Below, one piece after another: positions 36,400 through 48,323 of a DNA stretch of 64,000 nt. The notes under the pieces were generated by a model. That model was not told where the DNA came from, ran no database searches, and saw only the letters and a list, made by a program, of their open reading frames with translations. The stretch comes from Utricularia gibba. Its lineage: Eukaryota > Plantae > Magnoliophyta. The translations under genes and the position numbers were made by a program. The stretch's first letter is position 1, and the number at the start of each line of letters is the position of its first letter. The DNA lies in the NCBI GenBank assembly GCA_002189035.1, contig NEEC01000030.1, positions 124,001-188,000 on the forward strand, in the 5' to 3' direction.

Positions 36400-39300
36400 C
36401 TGATGGTCCTCAATTAAGAGCAAACAGCAGACTGTTTGCGGCTGAAAGTTCTCATAATACATTTTCAACCTATGGCCATTGACCTTGAAGCATTTCCCTG
36501 TCTCATAAGAACGTATAACAACAACACCATAAGGGAAAACATGTGAAACTTCATAGGGTCCTTGTCATTTTGATCTCAGTTTTCAAGGAAAAAGTTTCAA
36601 AGTGGTATTGTATAAAAGAACTTTCTGACCAACTCGAAATTTCTTCTCATGCAACTTACTATCATGGAGGTGTTTTATCTTCTCCTTGTAGATCAAGTGA
36701 TTGAAGTAGGCGCTCAAGCGGATTTCTTCTAACTCGTTCAGATCCAGTAGTCTCTTTTCTTCAGCTTGATCACTAATCATGTTGCATGCTTTGACGACCC
36801 AATACGCTTTGTGATGAATCTCCACTGGAAGGTGGTAAGACTTCCCATAGATCATGCGAAAGGGAGATATTCCAATGGGATTTTTGTAAGCTGTGCGGTA
36901 GGCCCACAACGCATCATTCAACCTGAGACTCTAGTCTCTTCTGCTATGACCTTGGGACCAAAATGACCCCCACAAGGTAGTTCTTGGCAGTGAGTAAGCA
37001 TGGAATGCATTTCACCTTGAGGGATACACCGACAAAGGATTTGATCAGGCCAAATCTTCCACAGGTATGGGTTGTCCCAAATGTAGTGCATGTTGTCACT
37101 CCGTAACTTCTCCTTTTGATGGTGCTGGAAATCCTCTGGGAAATGTTCTGTTACAAGAAAATTCACAATGTTTGCTTACCAGGGACTTCCATCATGGATC
37201 ATGAATAAGTGCTCATCAGGGAAGTTGTCATCAATGGGACTAGATGCATCTCCAAAGGTGATGCGGCTAAGATGATCTGCCACTAAATTCTCGCATCCCT
37301 TCTTATCTCGGATTTCTATGCCAAACTCCTGGCGTAGTAGGATCCATCTGATAAGACAAGGTTTCGAATCCTTTTTGTTGAGGAGATACCTCAACGTTGT
37401 ATGATCGGAGTAAACAATGATCTTGGCTCCAAGCAAGTAGGGTTTGAATTTTTCCAATGCAAAGATGATGGCCAAAAGCTCCATTTCTGTTGTCATATAA
37501 TTCCGCTGTGCATCATCTAGACACTTTGAGGCATAATGGATCACATGTGATGCCTTCTCCAGCTTTTGTTCAAGGACCGCTCCTAATGCTACATCACTAG
37601 TGTCACACATTAACTCAAAAGGAAAATTCCAGTTAGGTGCCTGAATGATAGGGGCCGAAACAAGTCTTTCTTTCAAAGTATCAAAAGCTAACCGACAATG
37701 TTCATCAAAAGTGAATTCAACATCTTTGTGTAATAAGGCACAAAAGGGAGATGCAATTTTCGAAAAATCTTGGATAAACCTTCTATAGAAGCCCGCATGA
37801 CTAAGAAAGGAGCGAATATCTCGAAAACAAGTAGGGTAAGGTAGTTTTTGGATTACCTCAACCTTTGCTCTGTCCACTTATATCCCTCTCTTAGAAACTA
37901 CATGTCCCAAGATGATGCCTTGCTCAACCATAAAATGGCACTTCTCATAGTTAAGCACAAGGTTAGTCTCAACACATCTTTTCAAAATTAAAGACAAATT
38001 TCCTAAGCATTCATCAAAACTATTGCCATAAACAGTGAAATCATCCATGAAGACCTCGAGAATTTCTTCCACATACTCCGAAAAGATACTCACCATACAT
38101 CTTTGGAAAGTCGCAAGTGCATTGCATAGTCCAAATGGCATCCTGTGATAGGCAAAAGTTCCAAAAGGGCAAACAAAAACTACCTTGGATTGATCTTCGA
38201 GAGCCACAGGAATTTGATAGAAACCGGAGTATCCATCCAAGCAATAATAGTGGCTCTTCCCTGCAAGTCGTTCAAGTATTTGGTCTATAAAAGAAAGGGG
38301 ATAGTGGTCTTTCCTGGTGCTGGAATTAAGCTTACGATAGTCCACACACATCCTCCAACCATTCTACACTCTTGTGGGAATAAGTTCCCCTTGTTCATTG
38401 CTCATCACAGTGATACCAGTCTTCTTTGGGGCAACCTACACATGACTAACCCACTCACTGTCAGAGATAAGATAAATGATACTTGCGGATAACAGCTTCA
38501 AAATCTCCTTCTTGACCACTTCCACCATCGGGGGGTTCAGTCTCCTCTGTGGCTGCCGAATGGGTTTCGTCCCGTCCTCTAGGTAAATCATGTGAATGCA
38601 AATAGAAGGGCTGATTCCCTTGATGTCAGCTAAAGTTCAAGCAATTACTTGTTTATGCTCTTGAAGCACATCCTTGAGCTTCTCCTCTTGTTCCAAGGTT
38701 AGTGAACTGGAAACAATAACAGGTAGGGTCTCATCATCACCAAGAAACAAATATTTCAAATGTTTGGGCAAAGTCTTTAACTCTAATGATGGTGCTCAAA
38801 TAACGGAAGGCACTAGCAGCTCGCCAGGTGTTTCCATGTTAAGAAAAGAAACATCCTGCACATGAGGTTCATCGGGTGGATCTTCAGATTGAGAAATCTC
38901 CGTGTCTAAATCAGATTCGGGCCCTTGTTCATGGATCATCGTATAGTGATTAGTGTCAGTTTCGCATGTGGAGATCACATGTATCTCACTAATCTGATCA
39001 GGATGCTTCATGGCTTTGTCAAAACTGAAGTCCAGCACCTGTCCATCGAACTAAAGACTAATGGTGCTTGCTTGAACATCAATCTTTGTACCTGCAGTAG
39101 CCATGAATGGTCGTCCCAAAATAATGGACTCCGAAACCTTAGGGTTATCAATTTCCATAGGAATAACCAAAAAGTCAGCTGGAAAAACTAAATCCTTAAC
39201 ATGAACAAAAACATTTTCAATTCTAATATCTGGTGTAACTTGTGATCTATTTTCTAATTGGCATACAATATTCGTCGGTTCAAGTTTTCCTAACTTAAAT

Positions 39301-41190
39301 GCAAGAGACAAATAAAGAGATCTAGGCATAACATTGACCAAGGCACCAAGATCACACATAGCTACTGAAATCTTCGTATTTCCTATGATAATGGGAATGG
39401 AGAACGTACCGGGATCCTTACATTTACATGACATTCTTCTTTGAATGATGGCTAAAATGTTTTCGGTCAAAGGGATCACTTCTTGTTCCACCCTTGCTTT
39501 CTTCTTCGGATCACACAAGTCCTTCAACAACTTGGCATACTTGCGGACTTGTTCAATCATACCAAGAAGAGGAATAGAAACATTAACTTTTTTCATCATT
39601 TCCATGAAATTTTTCAATCCTTTCTTGTCCTTGTTCCTTCTTCGAAGCCTCATCGGGAAGGGTGGCGGTATGACCAATGGCTTGGTCTGAGGAACTTCAT
39701 TTGCCTCCTTCTCCTGAACATCTTCTAGTGGCTTCAGAACATCATTGTTCTGCACTACTGAGTCATCTTGATCCTCACAAATGATTTCTTCATCGACATC
39801 CGAATCACTGTCTATGACCTCCAACTCCTTTTCTTCGGATCTATCTATCTTGTTTGTGAACCATGGGTAAGGGTCTGGTAGGTTAGTTCCACTTCTCAGC
39901 GAGATGGCATTGATGTGCTCTGGATTCTACACTGGTTGTGATGGTAGTCCTCCTTTCGTTTTCAAGCGGTTCATTGCTTGTGCAAGCTGAGTAGTCTGGC
40001 CTTGTATGCTTGTGATTTGGCCCTTCATGTCCTTCTGCTCAGCATGCATCTTAGAGGTTCTTTCAGCAAGAGATTTGACCATGGCCTCTAAACTGTGATT
40101 CGGTTGGTATGGAACCATGTGTTGTTCTAGAGGTCCAATTATCTTCAATGGTTGAGGTGGTCCAATGATAGTCTTGTGAGGAATACCTGGTGGATTCCTT
40201 AATGATGGTGCTTGATCAGGGGGTGCTGGCTGTCTCCAACGAAAACCAGGATGGTGTCTTCGAGGCATCTGATAATTTCCATAGTTATAAGTCCCTCCTT
40301 GGTTCTGATAAAAAGTATTGATTTCTTCCACTGGCATTTTAGGAACTCTCGATCCAGAGTCAACGTGAGATGGCATAGAATTTGAGGTTCCTTGATATCC
40401 TTCCTTTTGTTGAAGCAAGGCATGAAGACCAAACTTCAACATGTCACTTATTGCTGCAAGTTGAGCCAATATTTTTGAGTTGTCCACTCCAAAGACCACT
40501 TTCGCTGTTCCAATGTTTCCACCAGGTGGTCTATAGGAGTTGTCATAACGATTGGCTGTGGAGTAGGAATTAGCAGCCATTTGTTCAATGAGTCTACGAG
40601 CATCAGCACTGTGACGGTTCGCTAATAATGATCCATTACAGGCGGCATGCATCTGTCCTCGAATCATAGGAGGCAATCCTTCATAGAAGTGCTGCAAGAT
40701 TTGGCCTTTAGTGAGTCCATGTTGAGGGTAGGAGTTGCAGATTTGGTTAAAACGATCATAATACTCCTGCAAGTTTTCTCCTTCACTCTGCATCATGGTA
40801 GTCAAAGCCCTCCTTCCGGCTGAAGCTCTTCCAATGGTGCATGGCGATCCAAGAATTTTTTAGCCATCTGCTCCCATGTGGCGATAGATGATGGGGGAAG
40901 TCCATAGAGCCACTCCAAAGCTCATTTAGTAAGACTGAAGGGAAATACTCTAAGCTTGACTTGATTCTCTGTAGCTCCCTTGGGGCGCATAGATGCACAA
41001 GCCGTGTGCAACTCATGTAGATGATAGTTAGGGTCGTCCTTTTCCCTTCCAGCAAACTTTGGAAGCATCTGGAATAAGTAAAGATTATGCATAAGGGGCG
41101 GTCTGAATGATTTGCAGTGATTTCTTCCTTGATGATCTGTAGTGCTGGTCCACGGTTAACCGGGAAGTAGTACTGGAAAGTTTCCATGAG
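36400..41190 (-). pseudogene. Athila gag-pol with stops, frameshifts and a deleted integrase core
   Basis: gag LPKFAG...LRVFPFSL and 39927-40805; protease CDLGALVNVMP (39051-39824); RT 37878-38351; RNase H 37176-37877; INT zinc-binding GGHFGPK fused to [12 protein letters not shown]. Confidence 0.95.
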
Positions 41191-41548
41191 GTTGTTCTCC
41201 CTAGGTCTCAGGCACTACTGGTACTCCAATAGGTACATGTGCTGCCATGATGTCTCTAGTGATTGAACAACACGTTTGCTCTCTCTTTTTAGAAAGAAAG
41301 GTTCATTCCACCTCTTGGTTCAAAGGGTATAGAACTTCTCGGTAAGATCTCAGGCTTGGACGAGTCCTTGGTGGACCTGGCTGCATAAAAAGAGAAAAAC
41401 AGAGCAGAAACGGAAACAAGGGAAAGAAACAACAAGGAAAAGAAAGAAAAATAGAAAGAAAAAAGAAAAAGAAAAGAAAAAAAAGGGAAAAAGAAAATGA
41501 AACTCACACACAAAACACCAAACTAAAAAAAAAAAAAGAAATCTCAAC

Positions 41549-41566
41549 TCCAAGGCAATGGCGCCA
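41549..41566 (-). promoter_or_regulatory. Primer-binding site, tRNA-Asp type
   Basis: TGGCGCCATTGCCTTGGA versus the recalled Athila PBS TGGCGCCGTTGCCGGGGA, 6 nt from the LTR end. Confidence 0.85.
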
Positions 41567-41572
41567 AAAATT

Positions 41573-42907
41573 TGATGCGTGTCATTTCCACAACAAATTT
41601 TAATATTTTGAAAACTCATAAAACACAAAAGCGTAGTACGGGTGTAGAACGCAGGGAGTTGTTTTTCAGTGAATGGTGAGGTTACACCAAATACAACTGT
41701 CACGATTAGTAAACGGTTTTGGAAGTAAAGGTGCGAGAAACGTAAATGATGAAGCTTGAGTAAGGGAATAAGAGGGGTTTTGAACAGACAACTGAAATAA
41801 ACGTAAACATTGAACCTTAAATAAAGTGAATGTTCTTGGGTTTGGAATCTTGTCCAACTATTTTCTGTTGCGTCTTCACTCTTCTGTGGTCTTTCCGAGT
41901 ACTTGGTTATAGGAGTAACGAATTGCCTACCCTCCCTTACACTCTCTTGCAAGAAGGCACGGGAATAGCTTGATGTTGCTCCTCCTTGGACGAACATGAG
42001 AATAAGAGGTCCTGCCAGCATACCCTCACGGCCGAATTGCACGCATGTGCCCGAGTGTTGCCAATGACCCAATGAGTCTAGATACAAGGTCTCTATCTGT
42101 CCATTGATCTTGAGGTACGACCACAGACAAAATGTTGTCTCCCTCCTGCCAAAAGGGCATGAGTTGGTGCTCTCCACCTTGCTCCTCTCCAAAACTCGCG
42201 GGTAGTGATCAGTTAACCATGAATGTTGAATAAGGGAGCTGTTATAGAAAGACTGCATCATAGTCGCATGAAGACATACAGAACTCGTTCGGATTCAAAG
42301 AAGAAATGAAGATAAAATAACGAAACATAGATCTGGGAGTATCCCAACCTAGAAACGGAAGTTTCTAGCCGTGAACGGCCATCCAAACTAAAGGAAATGA
42401 AGGCAAGGTTCTAGAGAGAAGCTAGAGGAAAATCCTCTAAGGATAAAAACAAAAGTCTAAACAAAACTGAAAGTACAACTAAACTTGTCCAAATTGAACT
42501 GAGCTGAACTATTTTTCCTGAGATTTCGTGTTCCTCTGGTTTTGCTGGACTGGAGTGACTTGCAAGCAAGTTCTGCTCTGACACTGGTCCACTAATGATT
42601 TCGCCTGTCAGCAATTCCCGTGTTCCACACATCAAGGCTCATGATTAGGTGTCTGACACTGGTCAGCTCTTGAAGATCCAATTTGTCGCCATCTTTTGCC
42701 CTCTTTTTCTCACTTTATGCCACGTGTGTGCCTCTAGAAAAACTCAATTAAAACTAGCAAAATTATTAGATAAAATACAAGATTTTGGATTATTACCCTA
42801 ACCTAGATAAATACTTAAATCTCATATTATAGACTCCTAATTAGACATTTCTAATCACAATTAGGCATAAAAAAACCTATGAAATAGTGACAAAATGACA
42901 CTTAACC
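41573..42907 (-). repeat. Athila 5' LTR, family A (1335 bp)
   Basis: GGTTAAGTGTC (TG mutated)...ACACGCATCA on the minus strand, followed by the PBS. Confidence 0.94.
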
Positions 42908-43162
42908 GAGCACACGACACAGCTTTCTGGAGAATTCTTCTGGGGGGATGAAGGAAGGGGACAACGACCCAAAAGAATCAGTTTCTCTTTGAAGATTTTC
43001 TTTCGTTCTTGATGAATACTGAGACTAGTTTTAGATTTACTGCGTGAACAATTTCTCTTTTCTATTTATGTTATGCACTGCTTGTTGTTGTTTAACTTTG
43101 AGACTAGAATATTGCTTAGGATATGCTATAAAAACGTTTTCCTTTCCCTTGTTATGAGTGGT

Positions 43163-44458
43163 TGTTAAGTGTCATTTTCTAGTTATTATTTATGTATTAA
43201 TTAAGTGCTAAGTCGCCCAATTAGGAGTCTTATTATTAAGTATTTGATTTTTACTAGAAAATTCCTATTTTCTCATTTTGTGTATATTTTATGCATTTTT
43301 TCTCACACTTTGACCGAGGCATGTCAGGAGACTGTCAGGAGTGTTGCAGGAGGATTGCAGGTGGTCAGACTCTGAGTTTTCGTGCCTTGTACGCGAGTTG
43401 GAATGATTGGGTGGAAGACTGACACTGGTCAAGGCCCATGACTTACGGCATGTCAGAGTCTGCAGCAATTATTGGGCGCAAACTTGCACGCAAAGAAAGT
43501 CTGTTGGCGCACGCAAGACAGAAGGAATGATGGGAAGGGGACCCAAAGGAGTTAATGCACGTGGGAAGTCATATAAAAGCCACTTGGAGCACTTAGTTTA
43601 CGACTTTTGAACATTTTCTCTTGTACTTAGAACTTTTGAGTTCTTCCTCCCCTCAAGGAGGAAGAACACTTAGCCTCCTTTTCGTTTCTATTTCTATGGC
43701 CCTTTTGGGCTAAAAACCTTTAGTTTCTGAGAAGTAGATGAAGTTTCCTTCCAAGTCCTAAGCAATACACTCGGTTCTTCACTGAATTCCATTCGGATTC
43801 CGCATACTTCCACGTGTCTTGTTACAGTCTTTCTGTAACGACTCTTAGTCAAGGTCCATGAGTAGCAGGCCACTTCTCGCGGATTTTGGTGAAGATCAAG
43901 GTGAAGAGCACCAACTCCAACCCTACTGGTTCGAGGGAAGTAGCAGATTGTTTGTGGCCTAGGTACTGCAACAGTGGATAGGTTGTGACCTCGGACCTGC
44001 CACTGGCCATTGGCAACAGCTGGGCACATGCGCACAATTCGGTTTTGAAGGCAATCGAAGGCAATCCTCTTGTCTTCCTAATCGTCCAAGGGGGAATCAC
44101 ATGAGGCTATTCCCGTGCCTCCTTGTCAATCAGAGTGTAAGGGAGAGTAGGCTATTCCTTGCTCCTATAACCAACTATTCGGAAGAAATCAGTGAAAACC
44201 AAGGCAAGGATGGACAAAGGAAGGAGATGGAGTCTTATTCCCAGGAACTGCGTCCCATAGTCAAGGCCCATTACTTAGGTTGTATCTTTCATTTCTGCAT
44301 CTTAAAAACCCCCTTTTACAAAACCGTGACATTTTGTAGAAGTTGCTTGCAAACACTTTTCACGAAAAACAACTCCCTGAGATCGATACTCGTACTACGC
44401 TTTCTAGTGTTTTACGTTTTAAAATATTTAAAATTTGTTGAGGAAACGACACGCAACA
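43163..44458 (+). mobile_element. Solo LTR, family A' (1296 bp), TSD GTGGT
   Basis: TGTTAAGTG...CGCAACA; GTGGT at 43158-43162 and 44459-44463; empty paralogous site near 33690. Confidence 0.96.
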
Positions 44459-45372
44459 GTGGTTAAGCACTTAGGTGGTGCCTTGGGGCGAAAGGGGAAG
44501 AAATGTGCTAATCAATCTTTAGACCTAATCAACCATAAGTCATGCCACTTCCTTAACAAACCAGGATAGATCCAAGAGGGGGGAGTAGTGAAACCCATCT
44601 TAACAACCCTAATTAGAGGTAGACCAAAGATTAGGGAGAAAACAAGAGCCCGGGTAGACCTAGACTTTGTGTGTTAAGTGTTTGATTTATGGTTTGTATG
44701 ATCGTGTTTAGTGATAAGCATACATCCCTAGGAGTCTCAAGGCATCACTCATTTTCATCTCAGAAACAACCGACTTCCAAATCTTGTTACTTTTCTTTAC
44801 TGCATTCCATCGTAATTCTGCCTTAGTCCTAGTTAAGACCAAATCTATTAACGTGACACTGATTGCATGCATTGACTTTCACATAGCAAGCACCTAGCTC
44901 CTTGTGTTCGACCCTAGTCCACTTTGCTCATATTTTTCATATGATTTGATGTAAATTAGGTTAATAAATTTTATTTGATAGGAGAAATTCGCAATTCTAA
45001 CGATGTTGCATAAATTTTTCGTTTTTCAACATCATAATATTCCTTGAGAGAAGTTCCTCCACCATATTGGTAAAACAATTCATGAAATTTAGTGGCTAGC
45101 AAATACCCAAGTAATTGTCTTACGGCAATCCAATATTCTTTAGTTGGGGCATGGACATATTGTGATAATTTCTACATTATGAATGCTAAATTTGATCAGG
45201 TGAAGATAAGATAAAACAATTTTTCAACAATTAATTTCTTAAAGATTCAATAAATTTAAAATTACGAGGCATAGGTGTGGTTGATGTCTTCAACCACTAT
45301 GGTCCAACAGAGCCAATAATATCTCCTATATAACGTTTCTAGGAGAAAAATATCATCCACATAAATGATGAT

Positions 45373-48323
45373 TGGTAAGTGTCATTTTCTATATAATTAT
45401 TATGTATTATTATGTGTTAATTAAGAATTAAGTCATCCAATTTAGGAGTTATATTAATAAGTATTTTATTTTATTAGATTAATCCAATTATTATTATTTC
45501 TTTATGTTTTTGTGTTGCTTTCGTGTATTTTCACCCAAGTGTGGCAAGAAGCAATTTGGAGTGTTGCAACATACTTGTAGTAGACAAAACACTGACATTT
45601 CATGTCTTTTATGCAACTTAGATTTATTGTAGGTGGACTGACACTGTTTAGTATCCCTGACTTATGGCATGTCATAGCCTACAATAATGATTGAGTATTT
45701 GTTTACACAAAGGGAAAGCTGGTTGGACAAGCAAGACAGAATGAATGATGGAAATAGAGTAGAGGAAGTTAGAGGAACCTAGGGAGTGTGATTTAGATTA
45801 GCTTAAATTGAGTAGATGGAGTTCATAATCATTTTAGGACAGGTTGCCAGCTTAGAAAAAAAGAGAGAGAGAAAAAAAGAAGAGAAAAGCAGTACCGAAA
45901 AAAAAATTGAGATCAAAGTCTTGAAAAGCAGCACATAATAAAAAGCATGTGCGGACTCAATAAGGAGTGAATGGGTGCATAGGGATGGATTGATCCGGAG
46001 GAGTAGGAGGAGGCCTGGAGATATAAGGTATGGGTGCTTGGCAAACACTCTTTCACAAGAAAGGCCACGATGTTATAACCGGATCAGTCCTGAACAAGCT
46101 GCCCTTCACTATCAAAGAAAAAAAATCAAAACAAAAAAAAACAAAAAAGAAAGAAAGAAAAGAGTTGGCAACCATAGTCCTAAGCGGTTTTAAACGAATC
46201 AACTTGAGGAAGTAATCTTCGAAAACACTCCCCAAGAGGAATTTATTCATGTACATTTGAGTGATAAGATGATATGGACACCAACACTCCTACAGCTCAT
46301 GCATCTGAATTTTATCAGAGTTGTTTATGTTTATCATTGGCGTTGATAAAGTTAGTTTCCTGCTAGTCTTAGCTAGGACTTGAGGACAAGTCTTGTGTGG
46401 TTGCAGCATAGTGTAATAACACACATTTTCTCTGAATTTTATTATACAAAATAGTTATATTTTATTGTGGTTTAGGCTAGGTAAATGTAGTTTTTCATGT
46501 TTTTGCGTGTTTAAGATAATTTTGTGTGTTTATGTTAAAAAGTGGACTAAATCCTTTCATTTAGTCCACAAACTTTGTTACTAATGTTTCAGTAAGTTCA
46601 GCAGGGAAATCAGCAGAAAAATCAAACTTGCAAATGTGTGGAACAAGTGAAAAAGGGTGCAAAATCCGGAGAAGGACAAAGAGCACTGTTCTGCCACCAC
46701 CTGCAGTCTGCAAGTTTAGGTCGGGAACAGTGCTGGTAGTCAGGAACAGTGCAATGAAGTGAAGGAAAGGAGATATTTTATTTTGAAAAGGAGAGAGAGC
46801 GCGAAAAAAAACACACAAACGTGAGAGGGACAGAATGCACGAAAGGGGCTTCTTCTCCAATGTGAAAAACACCAACCAGAAGAGGGGAAGAAGGCCCTCA
46901 TCGTCAAGAGCAGCACCAGAGCCTAGTCCAGTGCTACTGTTCCAGACTGTGAACAGTAGCAACCGGGAGACAGAACAATCTTTATTTGCTTTCGTTTTCT
47001 TAATGTTTCTAGTTTTTGTACCTGACTTGCTCACAATGTTTCTGTCATTTTCACCATATTATCTGAATGAAATCGTGCTTTATTTTCCAAGCATGAGTAG
47101 CTAAAGCCTTAGGGATGCCTTAAGGTGAAGTATGGTGGTGTGTGATTGGGGTTAATAATGAAATTTATGTGTATTCCTTAACTCTTGTTTCTATCAAACC
47201 ATGGGTAGACCTAAGGAGGGAAACAAGTAATTTCACAACTAAGATGCTTGGTTTAGAGGTAGACCAACAAATCAAGACGGGAGCAGTAGGTGTTCATCCA
47301 GGATAGAACCAGTAGAATCGGGTAGACCTAGTTCTATATGCTTTGCATGCGGGTAGACCTAATTGCAATGTTGGTTATGATATTGGGAACTAGCTTAGCC
47401 GAAAATATGATGAATGACCTAAGTAGACTTAGGTTATTTGAAGTTGTGAGTGTAGGAACATGGTAAATTAAATTAGGAACCTTAGCATAACACCATCTAC
47501 AGATCCTTAAGGCATCTTCGTGTTATTCTAAGTCAGAACCAGTACTTGTTACCTTTCGCATTGAAACTTGATATTGTTTACTGATCTTCTTTACCACACT
47601 TGTTTACTACTGTTGGTCCGAGCTTAGACTAAGACTTATTGTTAGCCCGAATTATGCATTTACTAAAACACTTAGCAAGCACAAGCTATTCGTGATCGAC
47701 CCCGTTATCCACTATACAAGTTTTCTAAATTTGTATTTTGTGTAGATTAGGGCTTATAAATTTATTTGATACTGAAGTTTGCTTTAATTGCAACGATATG
47801 CTAAAATTTTTGTTTATCAGTCTGTGATTGAGATACTTCGATAATGAACAGGTAGTGACCTCGTATTCACCATTGGTCACTGGCAACATTTGGGCACACA
47901 TGTAGAATTCGGTTTTGAGGGGGATCGACGGCAATCCTCTTATCCTCTCAATCATCCAAAGGGAAATCACATGTGGCTATTTTCGTGCCTCCTTGTCTAT
48001 CAGAGCATAAGGGAGAATAGATTATTCCTTGTTCTTATAACTAGTTATTTGGAAGAAATTAGTGAAAGTCAAGGCAAGGATAGACAAAGAAGGAAATGGA
48101 ATCTCATTCCCAAGAATCGTTTCCCTTAATCAAGGTCCATTACTTATGTTGTATTCTGTATTTCAGTATTTCAAAACTCCGTTTACAAACTCGTAACAAT
48201 TTGTAAAAGTTTAACACAAAACAATTTTCCAAAAACTCAACTTCTTGAGATCGACACTAATAGTATGCTTTATTTGTGTTCCATATTTTTCAAAATTAAA
48301 ATTTATTGAAAAAATAACATACA
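45373..48323 (+). mobile_element. Old family A'-related LTR with TSD ATGAT, containing a nested Athila 3' segment plus a family C LTR
   Basis: TGGTAAGTGTC...AACATACA; ATGAT at 45368-45372 and 48324-48328; 45373-45780 and 47820-48323 align to A' LTRs. Confidence 0.85.
46412..47819 (+). mobile_element. Family C LTR (about 1.4 kb) preceded by Athila-like 3' non-coding sequence (about 45790-46411)
   Basis: Preceded by GACTTGAGGACAAG; ends GTTTATCA; homologous to 54735-55818, 60880-61950 and 6230-6658. Confidence 0.82.

Larger units (their letters stand above)
32713..42907 (-). mobile_element. Athila-type Ty3/gypsy element with TSD GAGCA; non-autonomous and rearranged
   Basis: GAGCA at 32708-32712 and 42908-42912; 5' LTR 41573-42907; tRNA-Asp PBS; gag-PR-RT-RH-INT then accessory ORF; partial 3' LTR 32713-33460. 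Confidence 0.94.
32530..45031 (+). mobile_element. Family B LTR in three pieces (32530-32712, 42908-43162, 44459-45031), host of two later insertions
   Basis: Removing the inserts at TSDs GAGCA and GTGGT gives continuous sequence collinear with the reverse complement of 5156-6150. Confidence 0.85.

Noticed and set aside
41350-42261. 303-aa ORF in the family A LTR, with the same frame open at 32514-33227, 44101-44466 and partly 47890-48129
   Set aside because: Non-ATG starts, T-rich strand with few stops, broken in the 3010 and 31191 copies, and differences between subfamilies in the shared block are mostly non-synonymous. The conserved block is more likely a nucleotide-level signal.
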